A stretch of DNA of 64,000 nucleotides from Phallusia mammillata (Eukaryota), in NCBI GenBank assembly GCA_965637545.1, contig OZ281494.1, positions 3,534,001 to 3,598,000 of the forward strand, written 5' to 3'. Under the pieces are notes generated by a model. That model did not search any database. It had not been told where the DNA came from and saw only the letters and a list, made by a program, of their open reading frames with translations. This document shows, piece after piece, positions 1-13,400 of this stretch; position 1 is the first letter of the stretch, and each line of letters begins with the position of its first letter. The translations under genes and the position numbers were made by a program.

Positions 1-280
1 GTAGTCGACTACAACCGAAACAGTTTCGGTTTGTTCTGTGGAAAGAAAATGAAAAACAGTTTGCAGCATAGGTATACGACGAAGCTATGTCGAGCTTTGT
101 TGTCCAGAAAGTTTGATTGATTTTGTAGTAAACAAGCTGTTTATTTTTTCATGTTTAGCATTTTAAAATCTCTCTAGTAGACCAATGTTACACAACTATG
201 TGTAAAGTTTAATGAAAAGGAAGGATTGTTGTTAATTGCTATTTTCATATCTAGGTTGTTTGTTTTCTGATTTTCAAATG

Positions 281-295
281 TATATAAATTGACCA
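281..295 (+). promoter_or_regulatory. TATA-like TATATAAA overlapping an AAATTGACCA motif upstream of DUF1294 paralog A
   Basis: AAATTGACCA starts 62 nt before the ATG. The same 10-mer starts 63 nt before the ATG of paralog C (4346-4355) and paralog A' (63357-63348, minus). Confidence 0.55.
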
Positions 296-347
296 GATTA
301 TATCACAGCTTGTTTATTGAACAAGCACTGACAACTATCACATCAAA

Positions 348-954
348 ATGGTATTTAAATATTATTAAGAACAATTTTTGGCAATAAGAAATGTGAAATG
401 CAAAATAGGTATTCAACATGAACAGTGACACTGCTGCTGGAAAGTTAGTAGTTAGATTGCCTTTTGGATAGAATGGAATTTCATGAAAATATTTCTGCTT
501 GAGCATCATACTAGAAATACTTGCTATTGATCAAAAGTTCTGAAAGTTAATTTTTAAAGAAGCGCGACATTGTTTTTTTTAATTCACATTTAATGCTGTT
601 CTTGCTGTTTAGGTCGAGAGAAACGAATTAGAAAAGTGTTACCTGGATGGATGGATTGCTTTCAAAATGGAAATTTTCTTTTGTACTTTTGTCTTTGTTG
701 TTTTTGGTGATCATACATGCGGGATTTTTGTTGAATATGTTTTCTTCATTTTGACATCTACTCTCGGTGTAAATATCCTGGACCAAATCTTCACACGTCG
801 TGGATGGCAACATTTACCAGAAAACGACCTACATCTTTTAACGCTGATTGGTGGTGCTCCAGTCACAGATTTTGCTATGAACAGTTACATCCGGCAACAC
901 CGTGGTAATGAGGGATATCAGAAAGTGTTTGTGGACCGTGATACTGTATTATGA
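348..954 (+). CDS. DUF1294/YsdA-like small membrane protein, paralog A; join(348..350,613..954), ~114 aa; C-terminus frameshifted relative to A'
   Basis: PENDLHLLTLIGGAP matches the DUF1294 core (IPExxLHxxxLxGG). ATG|gtattt donor at 351 and tgtttag acceptor at 611-612, phase 0, in frame with the ORF-track ORF. The 5' UTR and coding exon align to the 62644-63294 paralog. Confidence 0.75.
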
Positions 955-2145
955 ACTTATAAGCTGGTTGCGGAAATGAGATAATCACAATTTTGTTTGA
1001 TTTATGATTGTAACTACCATGGTATAACAGATATTCCTTTGCTTTCTCCTATTGTACATTTTGAGCACCAGGTAGTTGAATTCTATCGCACTTGTAACAT
1101 AATAGAAATTACAGAAAAACGTATGTAATGTATTATTATTTTGAGAGGCCACACATTTTTGGTGTGGAGGGGGGAGGAACAAAAGTGTTATGGCTCTATA
1201 CGGGCAAGTTCAAAACACCGAGCTCTGGGACCAAAATAGCACATTATGCAAATTGTGGAGGCATGACCCGATGACCCTATGAGCACCCGTGGCTACGTCA
1301 ATACAGGACGTTGTGACAGTGCTTCATTTATCTATCACGCGCAAAATCAGTTGGTGTTATCCAAAGGGTTGAGCTATTAAAGTATTGTTTAATCGATTTT
1401 TTTACACGTGAAAGGAAAGTTCGTGAAAGAAAAGAATAAAGAGTTTTACGTCGGATGGTTTAGCACGACATACCAATAATATAACAGTTAACATGCAAAG
1501 TAGTATTTCAGCAAAGTTGTCGAAAATTAGGCGTTAATACCAAGTTTTCATCCGGGGTCATTTTCAACACAGTAATGTGATTTTAATGTTTAGGAGTACA
1601 GGGTCAACTGACTACGACTAAGTTATATTTGCTAGTTTAAATGTCATAAAACTATGCGTTTTTTAGACAAAAACTAACTAACACGACACCCAAAGCGAAA
1701 ATATAAACCAACAATACAGTAGGTTTGAGTCTATATAATCATAATCAAATAAAAGCGAATGGTCAGACACAAACATTTAAAGGGAAAAACAAAACAACAG
1801 TTAAAGTAAGTTCACAATGGAGAGTAATGATATTGAAACCACAAATAAAGCCGCATCCTTTGTGTTCAGTTGAACAGTTGGTTATAAGAGTAAATATTGT
1901 TTTCCCAAATTGGGGAATCAGTTTCCAATTCGAACATTGAACGACTGAGAAACTTTTACATTTTTAACAAGTCTTAATCTTAAGAAAGGTGAGTTAGGGA
2001 ATAAAAATTGTTTATCATAATAACTTATAGGTTAGTTTGGTTTTTAAATTTGATATGATTTTTAAAACAATCAGTTTTGGTTGATTCTCAAGTTAGTCTT
2101 TGCAAGTTTGAACGTTTTTTATTTTTTTATTGTGTTTTCAGAACA

Positions 2146-2379
2146 ATGACATGCAACTTCCATGACGATCCGGGTACAACCATTTTAGCATTCATTGGTA
2201 TACTTGGTTGTTTTGTCAACACAGTAGCTTTTCTTTTCACATTTACTTCTCAAAATGGACGTCGGGGTTTTGGAACCCGCATGTATCTTGCGTTGGGTGG
2301 TTCAGCTGGAATATCAGCAGCAGAAAAGCTGAAGGCAATGGGTTGCAGAAATGTTAAAAACAAAAATGGTCCGATGTAG
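2146..2379 (+). CDS. Short divergent DUF1294-like membrane protein, paralog B (77 aa, MTCNFHDDPG...)
   Basis: VNTVAFLF...RR...LALGGSAGISAAEKL resembles the DUF1294 NxxAFxxY...LxLxGGxxG motif. Acceptor ttttcag ends 4 nt before the ATG, and a candidate 5'-UTR donor aag|gtgagt lies at 1989. Close paralog at 60982-61221. Confidence 0.6.
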   Translation: MTCNFHDDPGTTILAFIGILGCFVNTVAFLFTFTSQNGRRGFGTRMYLALGGSAGISAAEKLKAMGCRNVKNKNGPM

Positions 2380-2669
2380 CAAGATATATTTTGCTTTTGA
2401 TCCTTAATAGTGTTATAAAATAAGTTATTACCTAATAAACGTTCTGAACTAATATTTTATTATCCTTCTTATCATCATCATTTATTATTGCAGCTTTCAC
2501 GATATAACATTTGAACGCAAAATTTTAAAGGCAACGCTAATTTTTATTAATAAAATATGTAACACAACAGCTGCGCTTTACGTGCAACATAACATCTCTG
2601 AATTGGGGGATAGTCACAGCTGTAGCTCACGATCTAAGCTTATGATGCACATAAATGTGTGGCTACGGC

Positions 2670-3510
2670 CTGTACATCTAATGTTGCCCATCTAATGTGG
2701 TCCTCAGTGTACTTAGGGAAGTTGTAGGTATACCAAGACACATGAAAATACAGGCAATGTAACATAACTGTACGCCAGATTCATTTTTCTGGTCAACAAT
2801 ATTACCTCTACACTGCCCTCTTGTGGATTACTCGTTTATTCTCTATGTACAATAATGTCCGCATTGCTCCAAGCAAGTGTGTGACCCCACACGCACATCG
2901 AATGAGACTCACAGGTACTCAGTGGTTGGGGTAAGCTTGTGTGTATTTGCAGACACATAAAAATGCAACACAAAAACTGGTGTTTGGTTAAAACGTACAT
3001 CAGAGTAAGCAGGCCCAAAATTCGAGCACAAACCCGAATCCTATATTTTTTAAGAAGTTCCTTTAGTAGGCCCAACAGGCCTCACATAAAAATCCTACAA
3101 AATGTACTAAACTCTACAGAATATGATTGAAAACGGCGTTTTAGGGACGGTGGAAACTAAGTTCAGCAACTAGCTACTGAGTTGGGTAATTTTATCTAAA
3201 AAAAACGAACACCGAATTCAAAGTCAGACACCCACTCAAGCCCATTTGTTTAACAAGACCTAAGGCTGAACCCGACCCGAACCCGAAATGGACCCGAAAA
3301 GCCCTGCCCGACTTACAACAGGCGTGCACATCTAATGTTGCTTATAGTGTCTTTCGGTATACTTCAGAAGCTTGAGTGTATGCACAGACACGTGAAAATC
3401 GATTATGCACATGAACTGGCGTGTGGTATTTGCGTTGACATCTTATGTTGCTTACATTTGCTCCTCGGTACACTTAGATACGTTTAGGTGTGCCCAGGCA
3501 CCTAACAAAT
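2670..3510 (+). repeat. Degenerate ~90-100 bp repeat units (ACATCTAATGTTGC...) downstream of paralog B
   Basis: Related units near 2675, 2880-2980, 3328 and 3438. An inverted homolog lies at ~62150-62450. Confidence 0.55.
3150..3320 (+). mobile_element. Partial copy of the CAGAGTTGTAA-type hAT MITE (ACCCGAACCCG-rich)
   Basis: Ends in CCCGACTTACAAC like the full copy at 12505-12742. The left end is missing. Confidence 0.55.
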
Positions 3511-4408
3511 TAAGTAAAACATAGTTGTTGAAAATTTTATACGCGTCTTTTCTTGGCTTATACATCTTTTACAGATGTGAATGTTCCAAATAAATATACT
3601 CACCATCAAGTTCATAAAACTGTTCTGGCAAGTATTTTTATTCCGACGTTCTGACGTCCTATACAGGTCGCCTTAATCAGGGTAAATTAGGTGAAGTTGA
3701 GCAATTATAGATACTTAGTTCGGTAATTTTATCTGATAAAAAACGAACAAACAATACACATACCATGCTACGCAATTAAAAACTGTTTGATGACGCATAA
3801 CGTTAATAGCTGCAACGTCATTTCCTTTAGGTTAAACAACAACGTAGCGTAGAGGTGGAATTGTTTGTCACAAACAGATAGACAGTTTAAAATCAGTAGA
3901 TGAGCTTGTGGGTGGCCTTCTGCAAAACCTGATTGAAAACTGCATGATGTAAGTAATAAGATGAAAAATAACGGACCTACGCTGAACTCAGCCAATTTGA
4001 AAACAGTGATAAGGTCGTTAGTTTGTTCGTTTGTTTTTTGATTGACTGAAAAAAAATATTTAGCTTTGTGTTAACGACACACCTTTTGGTGAAGGGTTGG
4101 GCCTTTCAAAACGGGGATTATAGTAGGTTGTTGTACAGCATGAACAGATTGCTATAACTTAACAGAGAATGTAGCGCTAAACTCGCTGTATAAACAGCAA
4201 TTGATCTATATTGCTTTACAAGTTCATATGAGCTGTTGAATTGTTTTTAGAAATCGCCTTTTCACACTTTATTGTTCAGAGAGTAATTTGTTGCTGTTTT
4301 TAGATTATTTAGGTTGTTTTTCGGATATATTAAACATCCACACCTAAATTGACCATTACATCGACAAGTTTTTATCATCCGACAAGCAACATCTTCAATT
4401 GACCCAGA

Positions 4409-5517
4409 ATGGTATTTATTATTGTAACTTTGAAGTTGTTGTAAATTACAAAACGTTGGTATATTTAGCTATTGGGCAAAAATATGGAAAAACGGAACGT
4501 TCAAAAAGCAAATGTTATAGCAGAGGCTCGGATACACCTGCGGCCACGGTGGTATATAATGTCATAATGTCACCAGAAATTTTAAAGTAATAATGTCACC
4601 AGAATTATTCGTTGTGATGATTTAAAACAATGCACACCCTGCTCTGAAGTACAAACCCGGAACCGACCCAAAGGTTAGCCCTAAAGCGGGTGTTGAATTT
4701 CTTCTGGGTTAAGAAGCAAAACAAGAAAATATAACCTGCTTAAATCGGTCATAGTATTTCAGGCCTATGCAAGGCGTTTTACCGAATCAGCCGGTCTCTG
4801 ATTCGGTATAACGATTTTTATAGGGCTTGCGTACTATAATTTATCGATAAGTATGCCGCAATTGCTGGTCTGCATCGACGCTTCAGGACTGATCCCAGTA
4901 TGAATTTGTTCATCTTAGCTGCTTAAAACTAATTACAGCGAAAAAAAAATTACTTGTGATTTTACAAAGCTTATTTGAAAAATGATTATTTTCTGTGCAA
5001 CGACCTAGTTGTGTTTATTGTTTAGGAGTGGAGTAATTCCAACCGATATCATTCACGATTTGAGATGCAAGCTGCCAACAGGAAACGTTTAGACGAATGC
5101 TATGGCGCTGGAACTAAAGTGTTTACTCTTGAGTGTGTTTTATGCGTGATTATGTATTATGCTGTTGGTAAGTTTGCATGCATCGTATGCGCGGCATATT
5201 TTGTTGGTATTTTAAGTCTTACTTTGTTTTTAAATGTGTTTGACAAATGTCTTGCACGTAGTGGCTCCAGCGAGCGCATTCCAGAAGATATGCTGCATTT
5301 TTTCACACTGATTGGTGGTGCTCCGGCCACAGCATTATCCATGCATGATCCCATTCGACACAAATGCAGTAAAGTTTCATATCAAGAGACGTTTGTTTTT
5401 TGGGCATCTCTTTGTTACATTTTGCTGATGTCTTGTGCTGTCCTCACACTATTTTATAGACGAGAACTTCAAAATCTGATGGCAAAAGTAGAATGGCTAA
5501 AAGGGCGTATCAATTAA
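4409..5517 (+). CDS. DUF1294/YsdA-like membrane protein, paralog C; join(4409..4411,5026..5517), ~164 aa
   Basis: Best family match in the window: FDKCLARSGSSERIPEDMLHFFTLIGGAPATALSMHDPIRHKCSK against DUF1294 DKxxAxxxxWRIPExxLxxxxLxGGxxGxxxxMxxFRHKTxK. ATG|gtattt donor at 4412, tttattgtttag acceptor at 5024-5025, phase 0, open frame. Confidence 0.8.
4775..4813. repeat. Inverted repeat (16-bp arms, 15/16 paired, 7-nt loop) in the intron of paralog C
   Basis: CGTTTTACCGAATCAG-ccggtct-CTGATTCGGTATAACG. The left arm and loop recur at ~59410-59427. Confidence 0.7.
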
Positions 5518-6983
5518 ATGTGTTTCTTCAAAGATGTAACACGTATTTATAACGAACTCTTTGTATAGTATGTTCAGTGCTCTTTACTGGTATATTGTAC
5601 GCGCTGACAAATATATTCAAAACAAGAAAGTAATGTTCAACTTAAAACTGTTTTAAAAACTTAGTCAGCAATATTAGTTATGGTTGTCGACCTTTGTAGC
5701 ACACTACAAAACTTGATTTGATGTCATGTTTGCCCAGACAAAAACATTTAAGGAATAGGGTTGGGACCCCTGGAAATTCTAATCCCGGGACTGCAGCCAA
5801 GCTGGATATTACACTTAATAGGTTTTTTTTACAATTTTTGTCGCGGAATATCATGCTAAAGTTATTGCGTGGTCTCCTACATTTTCTACTGGGATTCTAC
5901 TGAGACGTGCTCATTTATTTGCGGATGAATAATATTATGAACGAATAAATGTTCGTGTTGCCATTACAGATAGACAGTATAAGATGATATTTGCAGAATA
6001 CAGCTTCACATTAAGCATTACGGAAACCTAAAGGAATAATAAAACAGCGATGCTGGTTGCAATGCTGTCTGCTAACATTGCATTAAATCGTCTGAAATTT
6101 GCGCAAAACACGAAAATCAACCTGCTCGTTTCAGTTTGGAAAGAACAATTATATATCTTTCTTAAATATGCTTCGCTAAGAATCGTACAAAACAATGCGT
6201 GAAATGCCACGTATCTAATCCCGAGAAACCGCGGATTGAAAAGTGAAAGCCCCGGGAAATTACATGCCAAATACTAAATTGAAGAGTAGTTTAGGCAAAA
6301 CTGTTTCAATCATAATATGTAGCTTTGGCGACATCTTCTGTTCACTTTTTACTTTATTCATTCAAACTATTACCAAATCCTAGTTTACACAAATCACTTT
6401 GCTGATCCTCATTTGAAAGAAAACCGAACACTGGTGTATAATATTTCTTAAAATAAATCTTTAGTTTGGCTTATTTGAACAGTTTTCTTACGGAAAATAG
6501 TACCACAGGTTTTTTCGGTCTTTGGTTCATCTGATTTTTAATATTTTGGATCAACTCCTTGCATGCACCGGCTGTTGCTTTCGCATTCCATAAACTGTGC
6601 TGCGTTTTCTCACAGAGTTTGGTGGTGCCCCGGGAGTTTTGGTGATTCCTACTTTATGCATCACATTGTTGTACATTTTATCAACATTATCAAATATTTG
6701 CAACAGAAAACAAATTGGGCATTGACAAATTATAAAGTACAATGCCCTTCCAGTTAAAACACGTTGTTTTGATGTAACCTTACAAACGGTACATACAATT
6801 TTCTATAATTTTTACGTTTGTAAATTGTAGTGAATCTTTTTATTGTGTTTTAATACAAAACAAAAACAGCCTTGAAATGCTTGCAGCCATTGTTGTAAGA
6901 AAATTTGATGATATTTGCAGTTACAGGTATCAAGTTGGTACGCAATTTGACAGGTAACACTCAACTCTAAAGGTGTTGTAATG

Positions 6984-7050
6984 CAGTGGTCGGCAACCGC
7001 CGGGCCGCGGCCCGGTACCGGTCCGCGAGGGGTTAGTTACCGGGCCGTAT
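6984..7050 (+). mobile_element. Left terminus of a Charlie/hAT-like non-autonomous element
   Basis: CAGTGGTCGGCAACC followed by GC-rich GGGCCGCGGCCCGG subterminal motifs. Confidence 0.45.
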
Positions 7051-7687
7051 AATTTTTCAGGTTGACGCTTTGAACATTTTGCCCTTTTATGCACGAACAT
7101 GGCGATCAACAGTGTGCACGAGTTTGACAAATCACGGACACATGTTTTCTTAAGTTGTACTAACTCTGTGAATTGTTTATGTACTAAAACACATGGATTT
7201 TCATTCAAATACCTTTTGTATTTTACGTCTTACTAGATGGCATCGTTGTATTGCCACCAGGTATAGTGTTTAGTCGACTAAAGCATTTAAATTAACAATT
7301 GTTAACAAACGTAGCATGAAGCATAAAGATTCCATTTTTTTTCGAGGTCTTGAGTTGTATATTTTTTAAAGACTAAATTTATAACACAAACATCGTTGAC
7401 TTGTCCAATGCTGACCAACATTTTTGTAAAAACATAGAGCTTTTTTTTTATTTTTCGTCTATGCCTTTGCTTACTGTGTTTAATGCAATGTTATCTGCGG
7501 TATGCGTTAACAGACTGGAAACGTATTTTGACCATGAATTTTGCTCTGTAAATACTCTTGACTTACATTCTTTATTCATTAAACGGGGGTAATGAAGGTA
7601 TGTTGCTTTTTATATTGGTAATTTCGTAGCAGTACAGCGTATCGGGGTAGCTGTTTTTGTTACCCTGAACAGCAAATCAACCTAGAA

Positions 7688-8038
7688 CAGTGGTTCTCAA
7701 ACTTTAAAACTGTCTCTTTGCCATTGGTTCGAGGGCTTGCGGTCCTTAATCCTGAATGTGTATTTTTAGAAAAAGCAAAATCGCGCATGACAATGATCCA
7801 ACGACCGATTGTGACACCACAGATAACACAAAAACATTACCATTGTATGCGAAAGGCTATTGTTTAGCAATAGAGACAGTCGATTCTCAATTATACTTTG
7901 ATTTAAACTGATTCAGTGGCACACACTGACGCCAAATAAGATTATAGAAGTACTTCAAACTTCAAACCTTTTCGCACCCCCCCCCCCCTCAAATTGCTTC
8001 ACGGACCCCATAAGGCCCGCGGAACCTAGTTTGAGAAC
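7688..8038 (+). mobile_element. hAT-type MITE (CAGTGGTTCTCAAA termini; right end eroded)
   Basis: Left TIR CAGTGGTTCTCAAACT and right AGTTTGAGAACC. CTAGAAC occurs at both ends, consistent with a TCTAGA-like Charlie target. Confidence 0.6.
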
Positions 8039-8529
8039 CTAGAACGTTATACAGCAGGCGCAATTAACTTGGTAAAACCATTTCAAGCAGAAGTACTGCG
8101 TCGCAAAATAAAATATACTTCACTGGGGTTAACGACTGAGCTGAGTTAAGGTAATGTAGACATTCCGACAAAGCATTTGACGAAACAAGCTTTACAGTTC
8201 TTCAGTCAATTTTCCGCGTGCAATACGAATTAAAGCCAGGACAAATTTGATCTTATTTTGGAAACAGAGTTAATAAATCTAGCAATTCTAAATGTATATT
8301 GATTTGCATTTATTATTTCAACTGTATATCACGAGATTTACACTGGAGTTGGACCGAACAAACGCGTAAACAAAGGAATAAAAATCTGCAAAACAGAATA
8401 TGCAACGTTACGTGGTTGTTTTCTTTGCTGACGAGACTAGTATATCAGTGTGTCTAATATGCAATGAAACACTAGCTAACAACAAAAAGTCGAATGTCAT
8501 AAGACTAAAAACGTTTTGCATTTTATTTT

Positions 8530-8624
8530 AAATTTTAAAACGGCTTTGTGGCTCCCAGTGTTTTTTTTTACTACGTGAAACTGGTCCGAGTGGCTCTTTG
8601 AGTAGTAAAGGTTGGCGACCCCTG
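8530..8624 (+). mobile_element. Right terminus of a Charlie/hAT-like MITE
   Basis: GTGGCTC motifs then GGTTGGCGACCCCTG, followed by TTCTAGGG. Confidence 0.45.
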
Positions 8625-9946
8625 TTCTAGGGTATCGCAACAAATACCAATGGCTATGCAAACGGCTAAAAGATTCTATCGCCTGACGTTTTTGACACAC
8701 TACTTTGCGAAGTTTATTGCAATATCTTCGTATGTTTGAGACGTTTGCTGTTTGCTTCTGGGAACATATGATACGTGTCGGAAATGATTTACCGAATCAG
8801 CAATATTCCCAACAGTTCAGTATGTAAGAATTACAAAACACAACAAAAATGTGTTTAACTTGTTAAGCAATGGCTACTTTGCGCTGCAAGTAATTGGACC
8901 TTAACTGAGGTTAGGATCTAATTTAAGCCAATACGAGGCTTTACAAACGGACACTAAACAATGCCTATTGCAAATCTGCACAAAAACATCTAAAAATCGC
9001 TACAAGCAACACACCTTAGATTCTTTCAAGTTGACCCAAGGAATTTCTTAACAAACGTATTTAGTATGTAGTTAATTACTTTTTGATAACAGTTTTGCCT
9101 TGTCCCATACAATACGGGCAGACCCAGATTGAAAGCTTTGTATCGGGCCAACCTTGATTTTTACGTCAAAAGTTTTCACAGCATTGCTGTTACATCGCAA
9201 TGTACCATATTTCAACACTTTGAAATTATTGTGATGCAACTACAATGAGATAAAGTATTTGTAAATCAATCACATTGTCAGGCATGGATTCGATGATAAG
9301 GCAAATGCCGAGTGTTAACTAATCTTAAAAAAGCAAAACCTTTTACCTAAAAATGGCAAAAAAAATCATGTGGCTTTTAGCAGAAAAAAAAAACATTTCA
9401 AGCCCGTACACAATATAACATCACAGTCAGCAGTTGGCTTTAAATAACGTTTGGTAAGATATCCATTATATAACGGTCAGAAACTAAAATCAAATGGTCT
9501 TAAATCAGCCCAAATGGAGATATGGGTTGATGTAAAGGACACACATGTATTTTGTTCGATTTTCAACCAAGGGAAAATGCTATTCAGATCAACCGGTAAT
9601 GACCCTCAAATTTATAAAATCACGTTCTAAGGACGCAATAATAGCATGAATCAAATTTCGGAATAGCAGTGTCATGCGGTTAAATAAATTTCCAAAGCCA
9701 TTTTGAAGATCGCATTTTGACCGAATGAACCCACGGCGCGGTTTAGCTATAGGTTGAGGCATTGTAATTCCATCGAAAGGGTAGTCTTGAAATAAAAACC
9801 ATTATCTATTCTTGTCGTGTTGCTGTCAGATTATTCTTAAAACAGCGGACATGGCAAAATTAAAAAAAATGTTGGTACTAAGAAACCTTTCATATCAATT
9901 TCATATAAATTTTTGTTCTGCGGTTTACATATATCCGTCAGGACTG

Positions 9947-10013
9947 TATATAAGAGTACCAACTGTGAGCTACAAATTACAAGCAGAAGAGTCATCAAAC
10001 AAAAGAATTTAAA
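9947..10013 (+). promoter_or_regulatory. Candidate TATA box and non-coding first exon of protease gene 1
   Basis: TATATAAG at 9947-9954, donor aaa|gtaagt at 10014, acceptor tttttag at 10432-10433, 14 nt before the ATG. Confidence 0.45.
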
Positions 10014-10447
10014 GTAAGTAAATTATTGCTTTATTGTTCTCGGATTAACGAAATAGTGTAATTTTGATTTATGGTCATGGTTCATATTACAGATTCTTTT
10101 GCAGAACCGTTAATTTTGATGGTTATGTAATTGCTGTACATAAATACCGCCAGGGTTTAAGACATAATGTCACCACTTTGTTATATTTTATCGAAAAGCC
10201 CTATTTGCTGCATGTTTGCATATTTTTTGTCATGCGTAATCAAATGAAAAAATGTTATTTGTGCAGTTCAGAAAACATGTTAACGTTACCCGTTCCTATT
10301 TGATTTAATTATTCTGGCGGCGCTGTTCAAGTAAAATAACTTTATCCACGAAACAATAGAAGAATACGATTTAGTGTTTTTTATTTACTGCAATATATTT
10401 TCATGAAATGCAAGTACTTCTGCTCATTTTTAGATATAACGTCCAAG

Positions 10448-13400
10448 ATGAAACTACAAACCATTACTTTAGTCTTGCCCTTCATTGTGGCTGTCAGTCA
10501 GTCCTTTCCCTATGAAAGCACGTATCTGAGGTGAGCATGTTACAAAACGGTTGTTTTTATCACTGATTATAACACAAGCATTTGCCGAACGTTATGTAAA
10601 TAAAGCATGTCGCTTTTTAAGTTTGTTTGGGTCGTTAATTTTCTCATTGAACTTATGAACATATCCGTGTATAGTGTTCCACGCTTGTGGTTTTATCGGA
10701 AAAAATATCTGATGCTATTTAGAAAAAGTGAAAGTTCAATACTGCAAAAATACCCATAAAACCACTCAATAACCATTTACATTTGTCAGGGACTTCCGTT
10801 CGTATATTTACAAGAACAAACGGTCTACTTGCCCAATAGGTGAGAAACTTTCCATTGTCGCCGACTATTTGTCTTACAAAGAAAATTAAAATCGCATGCT
10901 GACAAAATATAACAAAGGTTTTTAATTCAAAAACTTTTTTGTATAATTTCAAAAAGTAAATAATTTCTTCGGATGAAAGAAAATTTCAGTTAAAAGTATC
11001 ATAATACGGTACATCTAGGCGTCACAAGAATTTTAACATGGTAAGACGTAGGCTAGCAAAACCTAGCCTGCTGTGGATTTCGAACAGCACAGGATTCTTT
11101 CCGGCACTCGCAGTGTACCAAATGAGATACACAGGCCCAGAGCTTAGGGCGCCGAAAGTCGAATTACAAGAACTGTTTGCTTGCCCCGTATGCTGCAAAT
11201 TTTAGCTTTGTGTAGTAGGGGCTCGGCATGTTGACCAGTAATCGGTTAAAATGAACAGAAATTCATAACTGCGATCATCCTTGTTTATTGCGGCATTTTT
11301 AGTTAAAACAGGCATACCAACATCACTCAATTTGTTTTACTATTTAAAAATACAAGAATAGGGTCAAATGGTAGGAATAGTGTTAATAAAAGCCTAAAAG
11401 AACCTAGAACCATTTTCGTTGGATCAGAGCCATGTGTATCTGATATGCGAATAGACAGTCGCTCCACTAGGTGGGGTCCTTACCCTTTTGTCAGCCAAAC
11501 TCAAGGCTGCTAGCTACTTAGCATTGTAACCACGATCTATAATATGATTACGCTTTTAAAAGCCAAATCTCTCTGTTCAGACGTAAGCAAGTTATCCATT
11601 TAATTTGGTTTTTCAGATCCACCTAATTTTTTTTCCTAAAAATCGATACCCACCGCATAATCTTATAGAAGATAACAAGTTATTTTTCCTTAAAGGTTAC
11701 CTTCCGTCCACGCGCTTTACTGCAAGATATTTACAAGGTGCCACATCCAAATGCATATCCTGCGGACAGACCTGCTGCAAGAAAAAACAATACAGTGACG
11801 ATGAACAGTTTGCCAAGAGAATCAGTAAGTAATTCAGTTGGTTTACTGCTGCAAACCAAACAAACGGCATAAGATGTTTGACGGAACTTTTGAAAGGCAT
11901 TTGTCTCTTTGGCAACACCAGTAAAACGCAACATACAATAAAGCACCACTCTAATAAAGGGGTTGCCTAAATTTAAATTATTATCATATACATTGCAAGG
12001 TGAAGCTAAACATTTGCTCTCACAGCATTCAATTACATTTGTAATTGGTTTTTATTTCATGTTAAAACGCTTACGTTGTAAACAACCGCATTTCCAAATT
12101 CCCAACCTATTGTGCAGGAAATGGAAGAAAAACAAAAATAGGTCAGTTTCCATGGTCAGTAGCCATTTTTAAAAGATCTCCCATTGGTTGGAAATTTCAT
12201 TGCGGTGGAGTGTTGCTCAGTGACAACAAAATTGCTACCTCCGCTCATTGCATGTAAGTAACTGCAATTTGGTTAACACAATATAAGCTTAGTAATCATA
12301 CAGTTTGGTTGATGAACAAAAGCGGATTTATATTGTAATCTGAATTTGACTCGAAATTTCCGGCTCTTACGATGATATTCATGAACCTACTTAACATAGA
12401 AACACTAACTTGCAAAATGGATTGTACTTTTCGATACATTGTAGTTTTTATCTACCTTGTCTGTAGGATATTCAACGCTTCTGGGCTGTTGCCGATAATG
12501 AATACAGAGTTGTAAACGGTCCTGAAACTGCAACCCGACACGAACCCGAATGGTTTTCAGAAGGTCCGACATTAGGTCAGGACCAGCAACTGGCTACTTA
12601 GCTAGCTCAATTTATTAAAAAAAAATGCTGACACAACGTGTACATTCAGGCCCGAAACGAGTCCGTTTTTTTTAAGAAACCCTAGTCCAAACCCGGCCCT
12701 GATACCAGTCGGAACCCGAACTTGGCCCGACTTACAACTCTGAATCAATATATCTTGCCTGTAGGTTATGTTAATCCGAACATGAATATTAATAAAAGTA
12801 AACTTTTCACTGAATATTACTCATAAACAAAAGACAATGCTAACACGTTTTGCCGTCGTTTGATGCGCATTACGATGCACACAACAAAGATTGCAATATC
12901 AAAACAACAAAAGTACTTTTGGCACCAAATCAACTTTCTGCAAATTTTAATTTTAGCCCAGACGAAACGACGAACGATATCGACAACACCTTACGAGTAA
13001 CAATCGGGGAAAATAACATTCACGTGGATAGGGAAACAGGATTAAGAAAACGCAGATTACATCTTTTGAGGGATCTCAGTGTAGATGGTAGTCACATATT
13101 GGTGAAGCCTACGTTAAATCTACGTGGCAACAAAATCGGAAACATCAGAGGGTAATTAATGATTCATTATTACAAATAACAATTTGCTGGAGATGTACGC
13201 GTTTTGTATAAACGTTTGGTTCATTGAATTGCCCCTACATATTTAATGAAAATTAGATATCGCTTTACAAAATAAAAAAAATGGCAAAAAATAGTAAACT
13301 GTTTAGCACTTAAAAATACATTGAAACATTTGTCTCGTTATATGCAGCAGTCTTGTGTAACTAACGCGAAATAACGTTTGTAGGGATGATCTCGCCATAC

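Noticed and set aside
3768-3995. Minus-strand ORF that looks like a signal peptide (MAEFSVGPLFFILLL...)
   Set aside because: It starts at TTG rather than ATG, has no acceptor or downstream exon, and overlaps repeat-derived sequence.
6984-8624. One 1.64-kb hAT element joining the left end at 6984 to the right end at 8624
   Set aside because: The termini match 13/15 but the flanks (TTGTAATG vs TTCTAGGG) are not a convincing TSD, so the ends are reported separately.
10434-10447. Spliced-leader trans-splicing at acceptors just upstream of start codons (also 2142, 17569, 60978)
   Set aside because: Plausible cis donors exist upstream (10014, 1989, 17281, 60804), so trans-splicing is not needed to explain them.
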